DNA of 64,000 nucleotides. Origin: Acanthaster planci. Taxonomy: Eukaryota. The notes beneath the pieces are model-generated. The model was not told the DNA's origin. It made no database searches and worked only from the letters and a program-made list of their open reading frames with translations. Position 1 is the stretch's first letter; each line of letters opens with the position of its first letter. The position numbers and the translations under genes were made by a program. Location: the NCBI RefSeq assembly GCF_001949145.1, contig NW_019091357.1:3293078-3357077 (forward strand), given 5' to 3'. Positions 49,443 through 62,755 of the stretch are shown one piece after another.

Positions 49443-52400
49443 ATGCAGAACGAAGCCGGTGAATACGTGGATTTGTACATCCCCCGCAAGTGGTAAGCTT
49501 TCCAATTGTCACTAGGCTGCTAGGGCTAACTTTGAAAAGCATTCATGAAGCCCATTATTTTGTGAGTGATTTATGAGGTACATGTATCAGCTGCCTGTCT
49601 TGTGCAGGATATTCCAGCTTCCGCTTCACAATGTGAAGATGTCTACCCTAAATCTCCAACCTTTCCTTACTCTCTGCAAAACACCGTGTCACTTTTATTT
49701 TGTCGCAGACAGTGTGACATATTCATGTCAAATGTTCTGCTGTAGATGGTACAGCACTTGAAGCTGTTTCTAGTGTAAGCACCCGCATGTGATGGAAGCA
49801 TAGCAATGTTGATTTCCTCATGATGCTCTTTGCAGTCATGTGATCCATCATTCATGTTTGGGTTCTCTTTTTCTTTTCTGTCAGCTCTGCAAGCAACAGG
49901 ATCGTTGCCGCCAAGGATCATGCCTCGGTCCAGATCAACGTTGGCGAGGTGAGTTGGCCACTCTGCTAGATTTTGCCTGGGTGTTAGTCTTATTTTGTAG
50001 GAGCTGTTACCAAAATGTTGTGGTATCAAGAGATTTGTTATTATTATTATTATTTATTTGGCATAACACAAAACAAACAGTAAGAAACAGAAAATGCAAT
50101 ACAGAACAATACAATACACAAGACAAACGATTAACTAATGGCACATGCCAGGAATTGAAAGGGTTTACATGAAAACAGTGACCTAAAGGCCTCCAACTCC
50201 ACTGCCACTGGCTGTAAAATAATATATATCTGATATAAAACAAAATAAATTTTTATAGCGACCTTTAAAACAAACCAAAAGATTTATACAAATTACAGAA
50301 AATAAAATTTGAAATAAAACTAATTCATGTATATTACTACCAGCAACAAATTAAGCAATTACATAATAAACAACAATTAAGAAAAATTACATTACACGTT
50401 AAGAATTACACAAAAGTATAAAATACTCAAGGAGTTTCTAACACAAAACACAAGAACAAAAAAAAGGTAAAAACAAGAATCCAAAAGGGAGATAGCAAAC
50501 AAGATAATCCACGACAAATTAGCAATAAAAATTATGAGTAAAATGTGAAGCACCTAAAAACAAATGGAATAAAAACTTGAAACCACTTATCATTACTTAT
50601 TGTAATAAAACCATACAATGCCTTCATCATATAAACTAATCAATAAAAAGTTAAGCGAAGACCAATTAGGACGTTTGAGTCGGTTTTCATAATCCGTTTC
50701 CAGTCTTCTCTGTCCGAGTATCATCCTGGTAGCTCGACGTTGCACATTTTCAATTCTATCAACAAGCGTTGCAGTGTAAAGATGCCAAACAGGCCGGCCA
50801 TATTCTAAAATTAGCGGGACTAGGGCCTTAAAGTTGGCCAGATTACATGTAGCATTCTTGCACAGGTCTCCAGCAACACTATTTATGCAACTGTTGGGTT
50901 GCTATTAGCCCTAGTAAACAACATACGGCACGTAACTATCCCAGGCCAGCTTATTATTCAAAACGATTCACAAGTATTTATATTCTGTAACAATATCAAG
51001 ACGAAGATTGTTCAGTGTACACGAGGGAAGACCAGGATCTCTAGACCATGTAATCTGCATTACCTTTGTTATGTTAATATTCAAGCACAATCTATTCTTT
51101 AGACACCAACAATGGATTTGATCAAGGTCGTGTTTGCAGAATTTTTTCATCCTCTTAACAGGTTGTTGGCCGATATAATAACATATCATTGGCAAACAAT
51201 AAACAAGTAGATGAAGTACATGGAGAAAGATCGTTAACCATATGCTACCGGGGAACCCGGTTTCGGGAACCTTTGGTTTGTACGCACAGCCGGGGTGCCC
51301 GAAATCAGACAAAAGAGCTGGGCCTTGTAACAAAAGACCGTACTCAAAACAAAAGACCCGAGTAATTTGTTAAAGTGCTAAAAATCAGCATGGTTTAGGC
51401 ACAAGAACTGTCTCATTTGGCAGGCTGAATTTTGCTACTTTTAAGGTTAAAGCCTATTTGCATTGTGGTTGCTACCTGCTAGATTTGGACTTAACAGCTA
51501 CACTGCTGGTTAAGTTGGGTTGATTTGTAAACACAAGGTCAGTGGTGGTTCCAGTCTGTGGATTATGCAGACACTGCTGTGTGACACAGTCCACAAGTTG
51601 ATCTAGGTTCATTGTTGACGCGACATGAGTAAGATGTTGCATGCTCGCCAACCAAGAATCACCCCAATCTACACCCGCAATGATGACACCTTGATGATTA
51701 GTCTGCACTAGCTGGATATCATCCACAGTATCCTGAAGTTTGCCCCATTAGTCCACTGCTGAATTAGGTGGTCGATACAGAACGCATAATAGCCACTTGC
51801 TGCTTTGAAGGGCAGTTTCTCTAGGAAATCTCTAGGTCAACATGTTCAAGCTTGGGAACACGACGAGGGCAGAGCTTTGATTTCACAGCTACAAGAACAC
51901 CCCCACCTCTAGGACTGGTATCGTGACCGTCATTACGATCACGCCTATGTGTGACATAGTTTAAGCTTTGAAGAAAAGGTTAAATGGCAACATCATCAAT
52001 AGTTAACTAAGTTTCAGTGATCCCGAGAATATCTGGTGGTATAGACTCAAGCAATGTGTCTTGTTCTTCACGCTCTGTGCATTAAAAAATCATACGGGAT
52101 ACAGTTTTATATCTACGAGTACCGGGTGTTGTATCTCCGAGGACAGGAGGGAGAGCTAAAACATCGTCGTTGGAACCCTGGACTCCTGACATTGACGTTA
52201 TATCATCAAAGAATGAGTCTGACAAGGGGAGCAGGTGAAAATGAATGGAGGTTCGACAAAGCCATGGTGTAGGCTTGACAGTTAAACAGCGTGAATGGCA
52301 TTTGGCGTCACAGCTGTTGCATTCAGTGCTTAGTTGGTTTTTCTTCATGGGTGTTGTGCAAACATCATAAGGGTCCTTCGCAGGACCCGGGTTTGTATGA

Positions 52401-54680
52401 ATATCCCCACAAAGTAGTATCCTCCATAATGGCCGGCATGATTTAGGTGAAATGCAGTCATCGCTTAAGTCAAGCTGAAGGGTGCTGATGGAGAATACCG
52501 GCATAATGGGCGCCCCTAAAAGTGCTGTTTATACTGGAGTGCAAGATGTACATCAGGCAATATACAGACAAGACTGACGAGGTCATGTCAAGGCCAAGTG
52601 ACCGGTTGTGGATACGACGGGTTGCCATGATTGTGAAATGTTATCAGTTCATCTAAACTGCAACTTCACCAATCATCCCAGAGGGGTCCCCAAAGCAGTC
52701 CAACAATCAGCGGCAAACAGTTGATGACAGCCATAGTAATGAGGCAGAACAGTCAATAGAGATAGGCCGACATCGGGCCTAGTTATTTACATGTAGGTTC
52801 AAATAATCCAAGATGGCCGACTGTTGTTAAAAATGGTCTTCCACCACTGTCATTAATTTTCCAGGGAATACAGTCAGGGATGTTGACATTATTGATTGCT
52901 GATGGTTTTTATCTTGGTTTTTCACCACTGTTTGGATATTTCCAGGTGGATCCAACTACTGGTCTTTACAACGGCAGCTTCAAGACCTACGCCGTGTGTG
53001 GTCCCATCAGACGAATGGTAGGTGCCTGTCTTTGGGGTGTTTCCATTTTCAACCTGCGTAGCCTGCCAACCTTGAAGTAATCTTTCTTGCTGAATGGCGT
53101 TTTCACACTCGATGCCATTCGCTCGTCCACGCTGCCGTTACAGGGCACTGGGAAGAGTAACTCCCCACAGAACTTTGTGAAGGAAATACATCGCAGCTCT
53201 GGACGCGCAAAGCACTGTGGGTTACTCACTGTCCTAATCATGACATGTACACTGAGTGTGCACGCTGCATGCATATATGGAAGTGATGACCCATCTCATT
53301 GTTCGAATGGACCCCATCCAGTGCGTGCTCGACAACAATCATGTCACGCATCCTGAAATACATGTAGCTGCCTTTCCCAGCACTCACATACAAGACTAGC
53401 CAGCATTGAAAGAAACTTTTTCTCCCCCACCCTTCAATTTTGTTTCAGGGTGAATCGGATGACAGCATCAACAGGCTAGCGCTCGCAGACTCTGTCCTGG
53501 CCAAGTAAGTCTGTTCGTTGTTTGTCAGTAGTCACCCAGTCGGTGAACCAGTTTCACTTCTGACATTCCTCGGCCCCCGACCCAAGGCAGTGAGGTGCCA
53601 TAACCCAGTGCCAAGTTACTGTCATTTCCATCAGTCTGTGGCAGATTCTTGGATCTAGAAGTAGCCAGTGTCGTGGGCAAGACCATCACTGTACTAGACA
53701 CAAGAACAGTCACAAGACAGATCACAAGTGACGGGGTGCACATTAACAGTTCATTTGTGACCTGCTCTGTGAAAATAAGTCACGTCGCCAGAGCCGTTAT
53801 TCACTTGAAGGCCTTTTAAAGAATCTTGCAGTGTTTAACCCTAACCCCCTAGGCTCCTGCACTGGAAAGCATACTGAACCTCACAAAATCCAACAGGTGC
53901 ATTTACTTGTTTATGTACTTGTACATGCAGGTCACTGTACCAAACCCGATGAACTCCAACAGAATGAGCCCCTTGGAGTTTGAGTGATACGGTATGGATG
54001 GGTCTATGCAGTATAGGATGACTTGCACTGAACAGTACCAAACCTGACAAAATCAAGCATAGCCCAACAATTGGTACAGCACGCCAGACACTGTACACAG
54101 TGACCCGTGTGTGTCCCAACTCACACAGAATCCAACACCATCTCCCTGGGCCTTTCATCCCAAGTCTCACAAAATTCAACAAGAAGTTCATCAGATACGG
54201 TACCAAACCTGCCAAAACCTCACAAAACCTGCTGTTGGAGTATGGCAGGTTTTGGGCAGTTAGAGTTAAGCAATATGTATCCTCAACATTTTAACATCTA
54301 CACAGCGTCCATATTCATCTTATCAAACTGCATGAGACATCAAACAAAGAGCTGAGTTTCCTCAATCTAATACAGAGTAAAACTCAAAGTGGCTCCAGTG
54401 ACTTGTGACTTATTTTCAGAGTGAGTCAGTTTAATAACTTGCCTCAAGGCTGGAGGTCTTGTGATGGTCTTGAGGGGTCTCAGCTACAACACGTGAAGTA
54501 AACTGAACTATACATAAAGAGTATCTTTACAAGTATTAGTTCCCTACTCAGGTTGAAATACTTGTCCCCACTTCAAGGAGCATCGACCGAAGTGTTCGAT
54601 CAGTATCGCACAGCCACCATTCAATTGCGTTCATTCCATTTGTCCCCCCCCCTTTCCCCAGGAACTTCAACCAGCATTAG
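49443..54680 (+). CDS. RPS21: 40S ribosomal protein S21 (eS21), 86 aa
   Basis: Exons 49443-49492, 49885-49948, 52946-53017, 53449-53504 and 54662-54680 give [86 protein letters not shown]. All introns are GT-AG. Confidence 0.97.
50038..52825 (-). mobile_element. Decayed, internally deleted CR1/L2-group LINE inside an RPS21 intron (antisense)
   Basis: On the minus strand: ILLCGDIHTNPGP, a PHD-like C-x2-C...ECNSCDAKCHSRC, APE motifs (ILGITET, RRDR..RGGGVLVAV, VLYRPPNS, DLVFTN), RT C-terminal motifs (EYKYL, ENVQRRATRMI) and a gccaaataaa(taa)n tail at about 50038-50062. Confidence 0.85.
53755..54432. mobile_element. MITE family B (about 680 bp) in the last RPS21 intron
   Basis: TIRs tttgtgacctgctctgtgaaaataagtcac / gtgacttattttcagagtgagtca. 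The right end matches 12139-12270 in reverse. Confidence 0.7.
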
Positions 54681-54917
54681 GTGATCTTGGGGGAAATTCA
54701 CAGCCGACCAAGATGGCACAGTTGAGGACACTGACTTCGTGCTGACATCAGACCCCTCCAGAAGTCCACAAAGAATCCGTCGACTCATTCGTTCAGACTT
54801 TGGCAGTTGCAGAAAATGTGATCAAATCTGCAATGCGTCAGATTCTCATGTACCATATTTCAGCAAATGAACAAGTTTTGTTTATCTGAAAAATGCAATT
54901 GCAGACATCTGTCGGTG

Positions 54918-54923
54918 AATAAA
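54918..54923 (+). terminator. Candidate polyadenylation signal for RPS21
   Basis: AATAAA about 240 nt after the stop codon. A second AATAAA is at 55178. Confidence 0.55.
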
Positions 54924-56641
54924 TCCCTTCTCAGTTGTGAAATGTACTGTCTGTTTCAGGCGTCCTCTTTCTGTGTAAAACTCTGATATTTTAAGAGCTG
55001 ACATTTTTAAAACAAAGTCACATGTACAATGTAGGGATACTTTGCATTTAGATCACAAAAACTGCTTTATTACCATGGCAAAGAGCAGAAAAAATGTGGG
55101 CAACTTTGGTTTAACTTTCTATTAAAGAAGTGGTTTTGTTTTTATTTTACATCTATGGCATCCAGCAATTCGGTTTCAATAAATACATATACAAGAGTTA
55201 ATTCGAGTCACACTCTGCCCTGTCGATGGCTATCCGTAACTCACCGGTTGTAGAGAGTATAGCTACAACATATTCCTAAGAATGTCTTCAGTTATTTGCA
55301 CATCGTTGGCCCTGCTTATTCTGCTGTCAAAAATGTAGAAGAAAAACATGGACAACTTTGCTACAAAAGCGACTAGGGAGGCACGGCAAGGCCTACGGAC
55401 AAAGCTCAGTCCCGTACTTTGAATCAAGTCTACTGCAGAGCCTTCATAATTTCAGGGATCATGGCAACACGCTCGGATTAAGAATTCGTTCTTAACCAGA
55501 AAAAGCAGACCTTAAAAAGGTTTTTTAAAAATCCATGGCAAGACTGTTGACAGCCGTTGCGTAACTGCCAGAAACCACCTTGCACAGCCCAACAAGCACC
55601 ACTCTACTGACTAGATAGTCGAAACTGGCTTCAAAAGAAAAGAATTCACACACATTACTTAAACTGGTCATCAACCAATTAACATGTCTACGTGGGGTAA
55701 TGCATAACACTCTTGCAAATTTTGGTGCAAGGTGGCAAAATTATCCCAAAGGAGCATCAAAACTTTATCACCGGTAATTGTTGCTAGAAGTCCAATTCTA
55801 ATCATCAAGGCATTTCTTGGAGATTTTCAAATCTTATACTATGGACATCTTGGACAAAATCAAACTTAACTATTAAAGCAGTTCAAGTAGAATAAGCAAC
55901 CTATAACAATGGCCACGAAGAAAATGTACCGTATGCAACATCCCTCAACATTTCCTTTGTAAACAAAAAAGCCATCTTGGACCAAAAGGCGGGTATCTGA
56001 GAAATTCAGCCCGTTAGCAATTTTTAAACAAAGTTAACACAGCATTTTGTGGTAAAATAAACCGAATTCGACACTGTCGCATCCAAGGTACATGTACAGA
56101 GTAGTTTCATTGTGAAAAAACCTTGACGTGACTGCCTCTTAAACCACCTACCACAGATTCAAAGCATAAATGATTCTCCTCTTAGTACTGTAAACGCTAA
56201 CCTGCTCCTATCTCCATGTTAAGGCATACCATATAAACTGTCCAACCCTCTGATGCGTCCATCTATGATAAATAATTACACAGGTACATACAAAACCAAT
56301 TTTATCTATAAATGCCCTCAGCGGTCAAAGCACTTTGGCTATTATGTACATGAGCTTTTCAAGAAATCTTTTAGTACAAATTTTTATAATGCACAATTTA
56401 CTAGCTGTAGCCATTTTTTGTCTTGAGAAACCCAGCATCATCACTGACATCACACAGAATTGAATACAAACTACTTGTCCCTACAATTTTGTTGAACGCT
56501 TTTCAGAGCTACATGTACATGTATAGGTACCGCTCTTGTTAACTTCCTTAGATCAATCCTGAAATTGCATGGTTTTAAAAGTAAAGGGTAAACATACCCA
56601 GAACACATTAAACTTTCTTCAATCTGACAGAGAGAAGACCT

Positions 56642-56993
56642 GGGCCTGATTTTTCAGCTTTACTCACTGAGACACGCACTGTGTAAAGTAAATGTACAGG
56701 TACAGCAGAATACTTCACAGCAGACATTTCAAGATACTAGCAAGTGGCTTATTTCACAAGGGGGAAAAACCAGAATGTATTATGTACATAGATACATCCT
56801 CCTCTGAAAGATTCTGTGCTTGCATGGTAAGCACACAATTTCTTTGAAGCTGCAATCACTGCTGAGCAAAGTACCAGACTTGACTGTTAACACATGTATT
56901 ATGTACACTTTGGTTGGTAACCTTTACTGAGCATTGAGTTCCTGTGTGTAGCAGAAGAGCACATGTGTATAAGCAGAGCCACGAAATTGGCCC
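56642..56993. mobile_element. Probable MITE with short inverted ends
   Basis: Ends gggcctgatttt / gaaattggccc. The internal attctgtgct motif is also seen at about 41420. Confidence 0.45.
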
Positions 56994-59900
56994 TATCTGT
57001 AAAATGCAAGAGCAAACTGTGCTCTTAAATTTTACTGTATGCCCTTTTTTTTTTTCCAGATTGCTTCACATATCTTTGGCTTTTTTGCAAGCTCCGCAAG
57101 TGGGCATGAAACTTGGGCTTTACAAAAAGAGAGGAAACCCCAATCTTGACAAGGCTTTGTACAGTATTTTCCAATTTTCAATGGAAACCAGAAAATCAGC
57201 TGATCAAAGAAAGTTGCATGCCTGCACAAGTAGTTTGGAACATTTACTGTACAAATCAAATAAGAACATTATCCAAAGTTTGGTCTCGTAATTAAAACAA
57301 CAGGACGCACCCCCAGCAAAAAACAAAGTTCGACTGAGCTTTTTTAAGGGTCTCCAAGCGATATCATGAAACGACCCTGCAGGCCAAAAGACGACAAAGC
57401 CAAGGTTTGGAACACAGCTGGACTTAAGATTATTTTGTTTTCGGTTTTTGTTTTCTAAAGCATCAACCACAAGGCCAAATTGATCCAAAAATCGCTAACT
57501 TCACAATACTAATTACAAGGCAAAAGAGCTTTGGTACAATCAGCAGCAGTAACTGGTAATTTGGAGCAGGCTTTACTTGGGTACTTAGGCCAGAGCTACA
57601 GATAGGTGTACTGTCTACGTGTCTTAGTGTATTTCCAACGGAAAGAAGACCTAGACCTATCTCTAAACAACAGATTTGGATGCAGCCTTGGTTAATACAC
57701 GTACATTAGCAGTCCATTTTGTACATGTGAGTGTACAGTTTGTAAAAGCACGGACATGATGGAATTTGAAAGTGTGACCCCTTGAATAAATTCCCTCTGA
57801 TTCGATTGAGATGCGCGCATCGGACTTCTCTACAGCTAAGTGAAGCAAGGCAAGGTGTAATTGAATATCCCGAAGCTTCTCCTGTTTTGCACTCTGCCGG
57901 TTGCCGACAATCCTTCAGTGAATTTCTCAAGACTTCCAGCCAGTCTGTGAAGCAAAGCACAAACAGCAGTTAAATAAAACACAGACTCATTTTCTCATAG
58001 ATGGGTGGTGCTCTGACGCAGACTGATTATTGATTCTGTTTACGCAAGCAGAGCAACGAATAAACAATTTGGTACGAGGTACTCATGATCACTACAGCCA
58101 GCAGCGAGACGCTGTGTACATAAAACTGAACACGGAAAGTACACCTCACTGAGGCACTATGATAAAGCTCCCCTTTTCAATGTTGCTTGTGCATGAGGGG
58201 CCTGTGCGTGTTTATGTTCTTTAAGGTTGAAGAGTTCACATAATGTCAATGAAGAAGTTGAATTGGGCAGGTGAAACGCACATGTACATGTATCTAAAAG
58301 TATACAGCGGCTCAGGTGGAGGCCACATTGGGTGACGGTAGAAGCAACTACCGGCAGTCATCATTCAAACGCACCATTTCCTAGGGTGCCGAGGGTTAAC
58401 TTTCAGAATACACGAAGCGCTGAGTTCCCAGAAAATAGATCTAGGAACTTGGTATGGATGGTTACTACATCCCCGGATGCCCATGTATGCTCCCTTGCAG
58501 CACTCTCCAAGCCCAGACTAAACATCATGAATATCGTGTGCAGATGCAATGAGACTACATGTACATGTACATGCCCCCAGGATGAAGTCTACCTGATACC
58601 GGCATTCAACCATTCCTCTTTCCCAACAGCAACAAACTTTGTGGTTAATAAAGCATGGCAGCCATTTTCCCGGTCAGTGTTTTTGTTCCATAGGGATACA
58701 CACGAGTAGACCAATTGTGCATATCCCCCATAACAAAAGCACTGACCAGCAAGATGGCTGTCGTCATAACATCTGCTTAAAACATACTTGTTTCACTGTA
58801 CACCAAACCCTTTTTTTATTACATTTCCTACACAAACCTAGGCAGTATCTCTACTGTCCCAAATTCTTTTCTTTCTTTTAAAAACAAACAAACTAACTAA
58901 AAGACATGACGGAGACAGTCCAGGCTTTTCCCACAATTTTTCTCCTAAAAGTTTCACTGCTCAATTCACAAACACATTACTGCAACTGCTGCAGTTTATA
59001 ATCAGCACCCAAGCGGGACTTTAAATAGAAATTAAGAATCATTTGAGGGTTTTGAGAGTTGGACCCCTTATTTAAGGAATGACCCACATGGCTTTTGACA
59101 AGGCAGTATTTGAAAAGGCCATAGGCTGAATTCCACAAGATTACTAAAAAATTCACAAAGTTATCATGAATTTAAACATGTGACTTTGACTCTGCAACTT
59201 ACAAATAAATGAGCATTTAGGCCCAAAGAAGTTTATACACCTGTCTTATGCTTTTGTCTCTCTTTCAAATCCAAAGAGCAAGTGCATGTACATACATACT
59301 TGCACACAGTTCAGTTTAAAGTCCATATTTTTGCACATCAGTTTAATTGATAAGGTGCTGAATACCAATTCAGTCTGAACACTTTTTTACTATCACAGGG
59401 GTATTATTGATTTATTCCCTAAAGCAATGGTACATATCAACAACGGGCAAAGGTGATCTATTTCATACAAATTCAACTGTATGCTATGTGCTCTCAACTT
59501 ACAACTCACTCAGACAAAAGGATAACAGAACTCCAAATTAGAATATTTGGAAAAATTCCAGGATGTCTTCTCTCACTTGCATGTACATATACATGTCCAC
59601 CTGTACATGTACTAGTACATTTACATGTGTGCCGTGCACATTGTAATTATTCAGTACAGGTGATGTTAATGAGGTGGATGTATTTACCTGAGAGCAGTGA
59701 GTTGATATTCATTGAAACAGCTGGTATCGATTGACTGATGAATAACCACTGAAGAATTCAAAGTATTTACAAATTTGAGAGGTTTTCTGCACATTCATGT
59801 ATGTCTTTGTTTCTATATCCTGTTTCAGTGGTGGGTTTTTTTTGGGGGGGGTTCTTGTTTTTCTATTTAATTCTTCCCACTTTTTAATGTACATGTATAT

Positions 59901-62755
59901 AACTCAAGTCTACAGGTACTGCACATGTACCTCCGTAGTCATTTATTTTGACAGGAACTTTCCTGTATTCTCTAAAATACATGTATATCCCTCTGCTGAC
60001 AGCCAATGCAGTTCTTTCGCCATGTAAAGTTCTTAGTTCTTCATATTCTCTTTTATGTAAGGTCTTATTGGATTTTGAAGGATCAGTCTGAAGAATCTGA
60101 CAGTTAAAGTTTGAAGACACCAAGTGACAAATCAAATGTCAGAAGTATTTGTTTTGTTTAGTTTTTGTTTTTCATTTTTTTAGGGGGAGGGGTGCTTTTG
60201 CTTTTGTATATTACAGTACATCTGGAGGAGGGGGTTACTTACTGGTAGATGTTCTAAAGTTGCTTTCTACCGGTATCTTTTTCCATTTTTCAGCTTAACT
60301 ATCGTTAAGAGCAATTCACTAACTACATTCACACAGTGCACACAACCTCTGATCAGTGACATGTTACAAGTGGTTAGAGTGTTTCATAACTGAACGAGCG
60401 AATGCCATGTGTGGTACTGGATTCAATTTACAGTAATCCCAATATCACATGCACATGTACCAGTACTGTATATATGTAATTCAAGGACTCCCACACCTTC
60501 TATTCATATGAATGGCATGTGTATGAATCGGCAGGTTTGTGGAAAGGTTTCTACTGTTCCCAAGGGGGGGGAGTGCACCTGTACATAACTATTGTATGCA
60601 TATCTGTACACGTACATGAATTGTACATGTACATGCATGTAATGAAGCTTCGTGTTGGAAACGACAAACAATTTGTACATTTGCAATGCATGTTTCAAGG
60701 CGGATCATCTGGGATAAGGATTAATCAGCTCCGTGGTCACTGGCTAACCCTAACTCTCTAGGGTGTGTGCAAATTATATTAAAATTGGAGCATTCATGAG
60801 TGCTAGGCTAATTCTGTTTGTTTTTACATGTATGTACACTTATGTACATGTGTGCAATTCAGGCCTACTCCATGCACTGTATTGAGTAAACTTGTACATA
60901 CGTGTATACAGTACCAGTCAATCTTGACAAATTTACACATGGACAAATATGCATTTTTCTTTTCATACATTTCGATAGGATTCTAAGAATTGGAATGTAC
61001 ACGTATTGCACAGTGTGAAGCTGGCAGAAACTTTTTTCTGTTGAATACTGTACTTTGAAAACAAAATGACAGAAATAGCCTTATTTGTACAAAAAGTGTG
61101 GACGACATCTAAGAATACCAGTGCCAATTTGATTTCTGTCCACAAGCAAATATGATGCACACTTCATAACTGAAGTCATATCAAATAATATTGTATTCTA
61201 CTGAACACCTGGAGACAAATATTGCAACATGCATGAGTTAGCACAGTACATGTACCGGTGATTTCAACCAGAGACATGGGCATATACATGTATTTGCGTA
61301 GACTTGAATTTTTTTATTTCTTATGTGTTGCCATAAAAGGGAGACGATCAGAACAGGTGAATTTCTCTCATGGGGGGGGGGAATAATTATTCACCTTGCG
61401 CATTTGTATTCAGTGTTAATGTACATGTACAATGTAATGTAGATGCTTTCGGTAGAAACAGTATCGGGTCAAGCATCATGCCTGAGTGATTGATTCAATT
61501 CATTGTTTACTTTCGGTTGGAACTCGTTACTTCCCACCACACACAGCACGCAGAATGCAAGGCATTTCATTTCATCAGTATTATTTTTTTCTGTTGGCTA
61601 GGCCCGGTTGGAATTCTTTGGGGCATTGCAAATTCACATACGAGAGCCAACCGCGGCTTTTTGACCAGTGAAAATAAATTACCTCGCTCTGAATTGCTAA
61701 GGGCTTTCGAGCTGTAGTGTTGAAAACCCATAGTGTCATTTCCAGAAATATTGCAAGAAGAGAAAGCTTGGAACATTTTCAATACAAATTTGGGAGGTGG
61801 GTGGTGGAGGTACCTCCTGCCAATCCAAGCCCACTGGCTCCACCCAGATAATTGCATGCAGGCCTGGCTTATCTCGGTATCTTGTTGGGATCAACAGCTT
61901 TTAATTTCGCGCTCAGTCATCCCTTGAATTATAATGAATTGAAACCACAACTGCATGTACAGTACGCTCACCCAGGAAATAAAAAAATATGTACAGTGTG
62001 TACATGTGAATACATGTAGCTGCCAGAAGGCAATTTCAAAGTTTATCCCTTGATTGCTAAACCAGATGTTGTTTATGATACTTTCTCTGAGTACAAAACC
62101 AGGATATGAAGAAATACACGTACCTGGTACACATACGAATTTCTTCATGGAAAGTCAGTATATAAAAGAACGTAAAAGCCACCAATTAAGCTTTCAATTC
62201 TGGTTTATAACATTGGAGGAACTGCCGGTACTATGCCTCCACCTTTAAATGTTTTCACCAGTCTTCGTCAAGCTTAAAATGGGACCTTGAAAAACACTGG
62301 CAGGTGCGTATAAAAATTGGATATAAAAACATTGGGGCTCACCCCAAAATCTCTTAATGTGACTTTGCTGTGAATCTAGTCACAACATGAATTTCTGGTG
62401 TATCCCGTGTTTTGGTTTGTTTCTGGTTATGAAACTGAGGATTCCTAAAATGCTCAATGGTACTGTACTGTACTTCAGAAGCCTGAAGAAATCTGCAGAG
62501 AGAAGACCATGAGGAAATGTTGAGTTTTAGAGGTGGAGGGATAACCTCTGTGATCAATTTTACAAGAAGAAGCATGGAATCGGTGATTGAGACCTAATGC
62601 AGGTTTTTGCCAGGTTGGGTCTGACAAACTGATCACGGAGGCGGAAAGTGGGTAAAGTACCATTTGTGATTATGACCTTCCCTTTCAGTAAAATTTGAAT
62701 TTCATAATCGTCCACTTACAGAGAGCCTTAGGGTGGTAGACACCATCTGGGAGGA

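Noticed and set aside
53836..53848. TAACCCTAACC as a telomerase RNA template (similar CTAACCCTAAC at about 60744)
   Set aside because: No downstream pseudoknot or H/ACA domain is visible. The first lies inside a MITE, and such short motifs are common.
56340..62000. Cluster of TGTACATA Pumilio-like elements in the putative FAM110 3'UTR
   Set aside because: TGTACA and TACATGTA are palindromic, occur on both strands and appear throughout the window, so there is no strand-specific signal.
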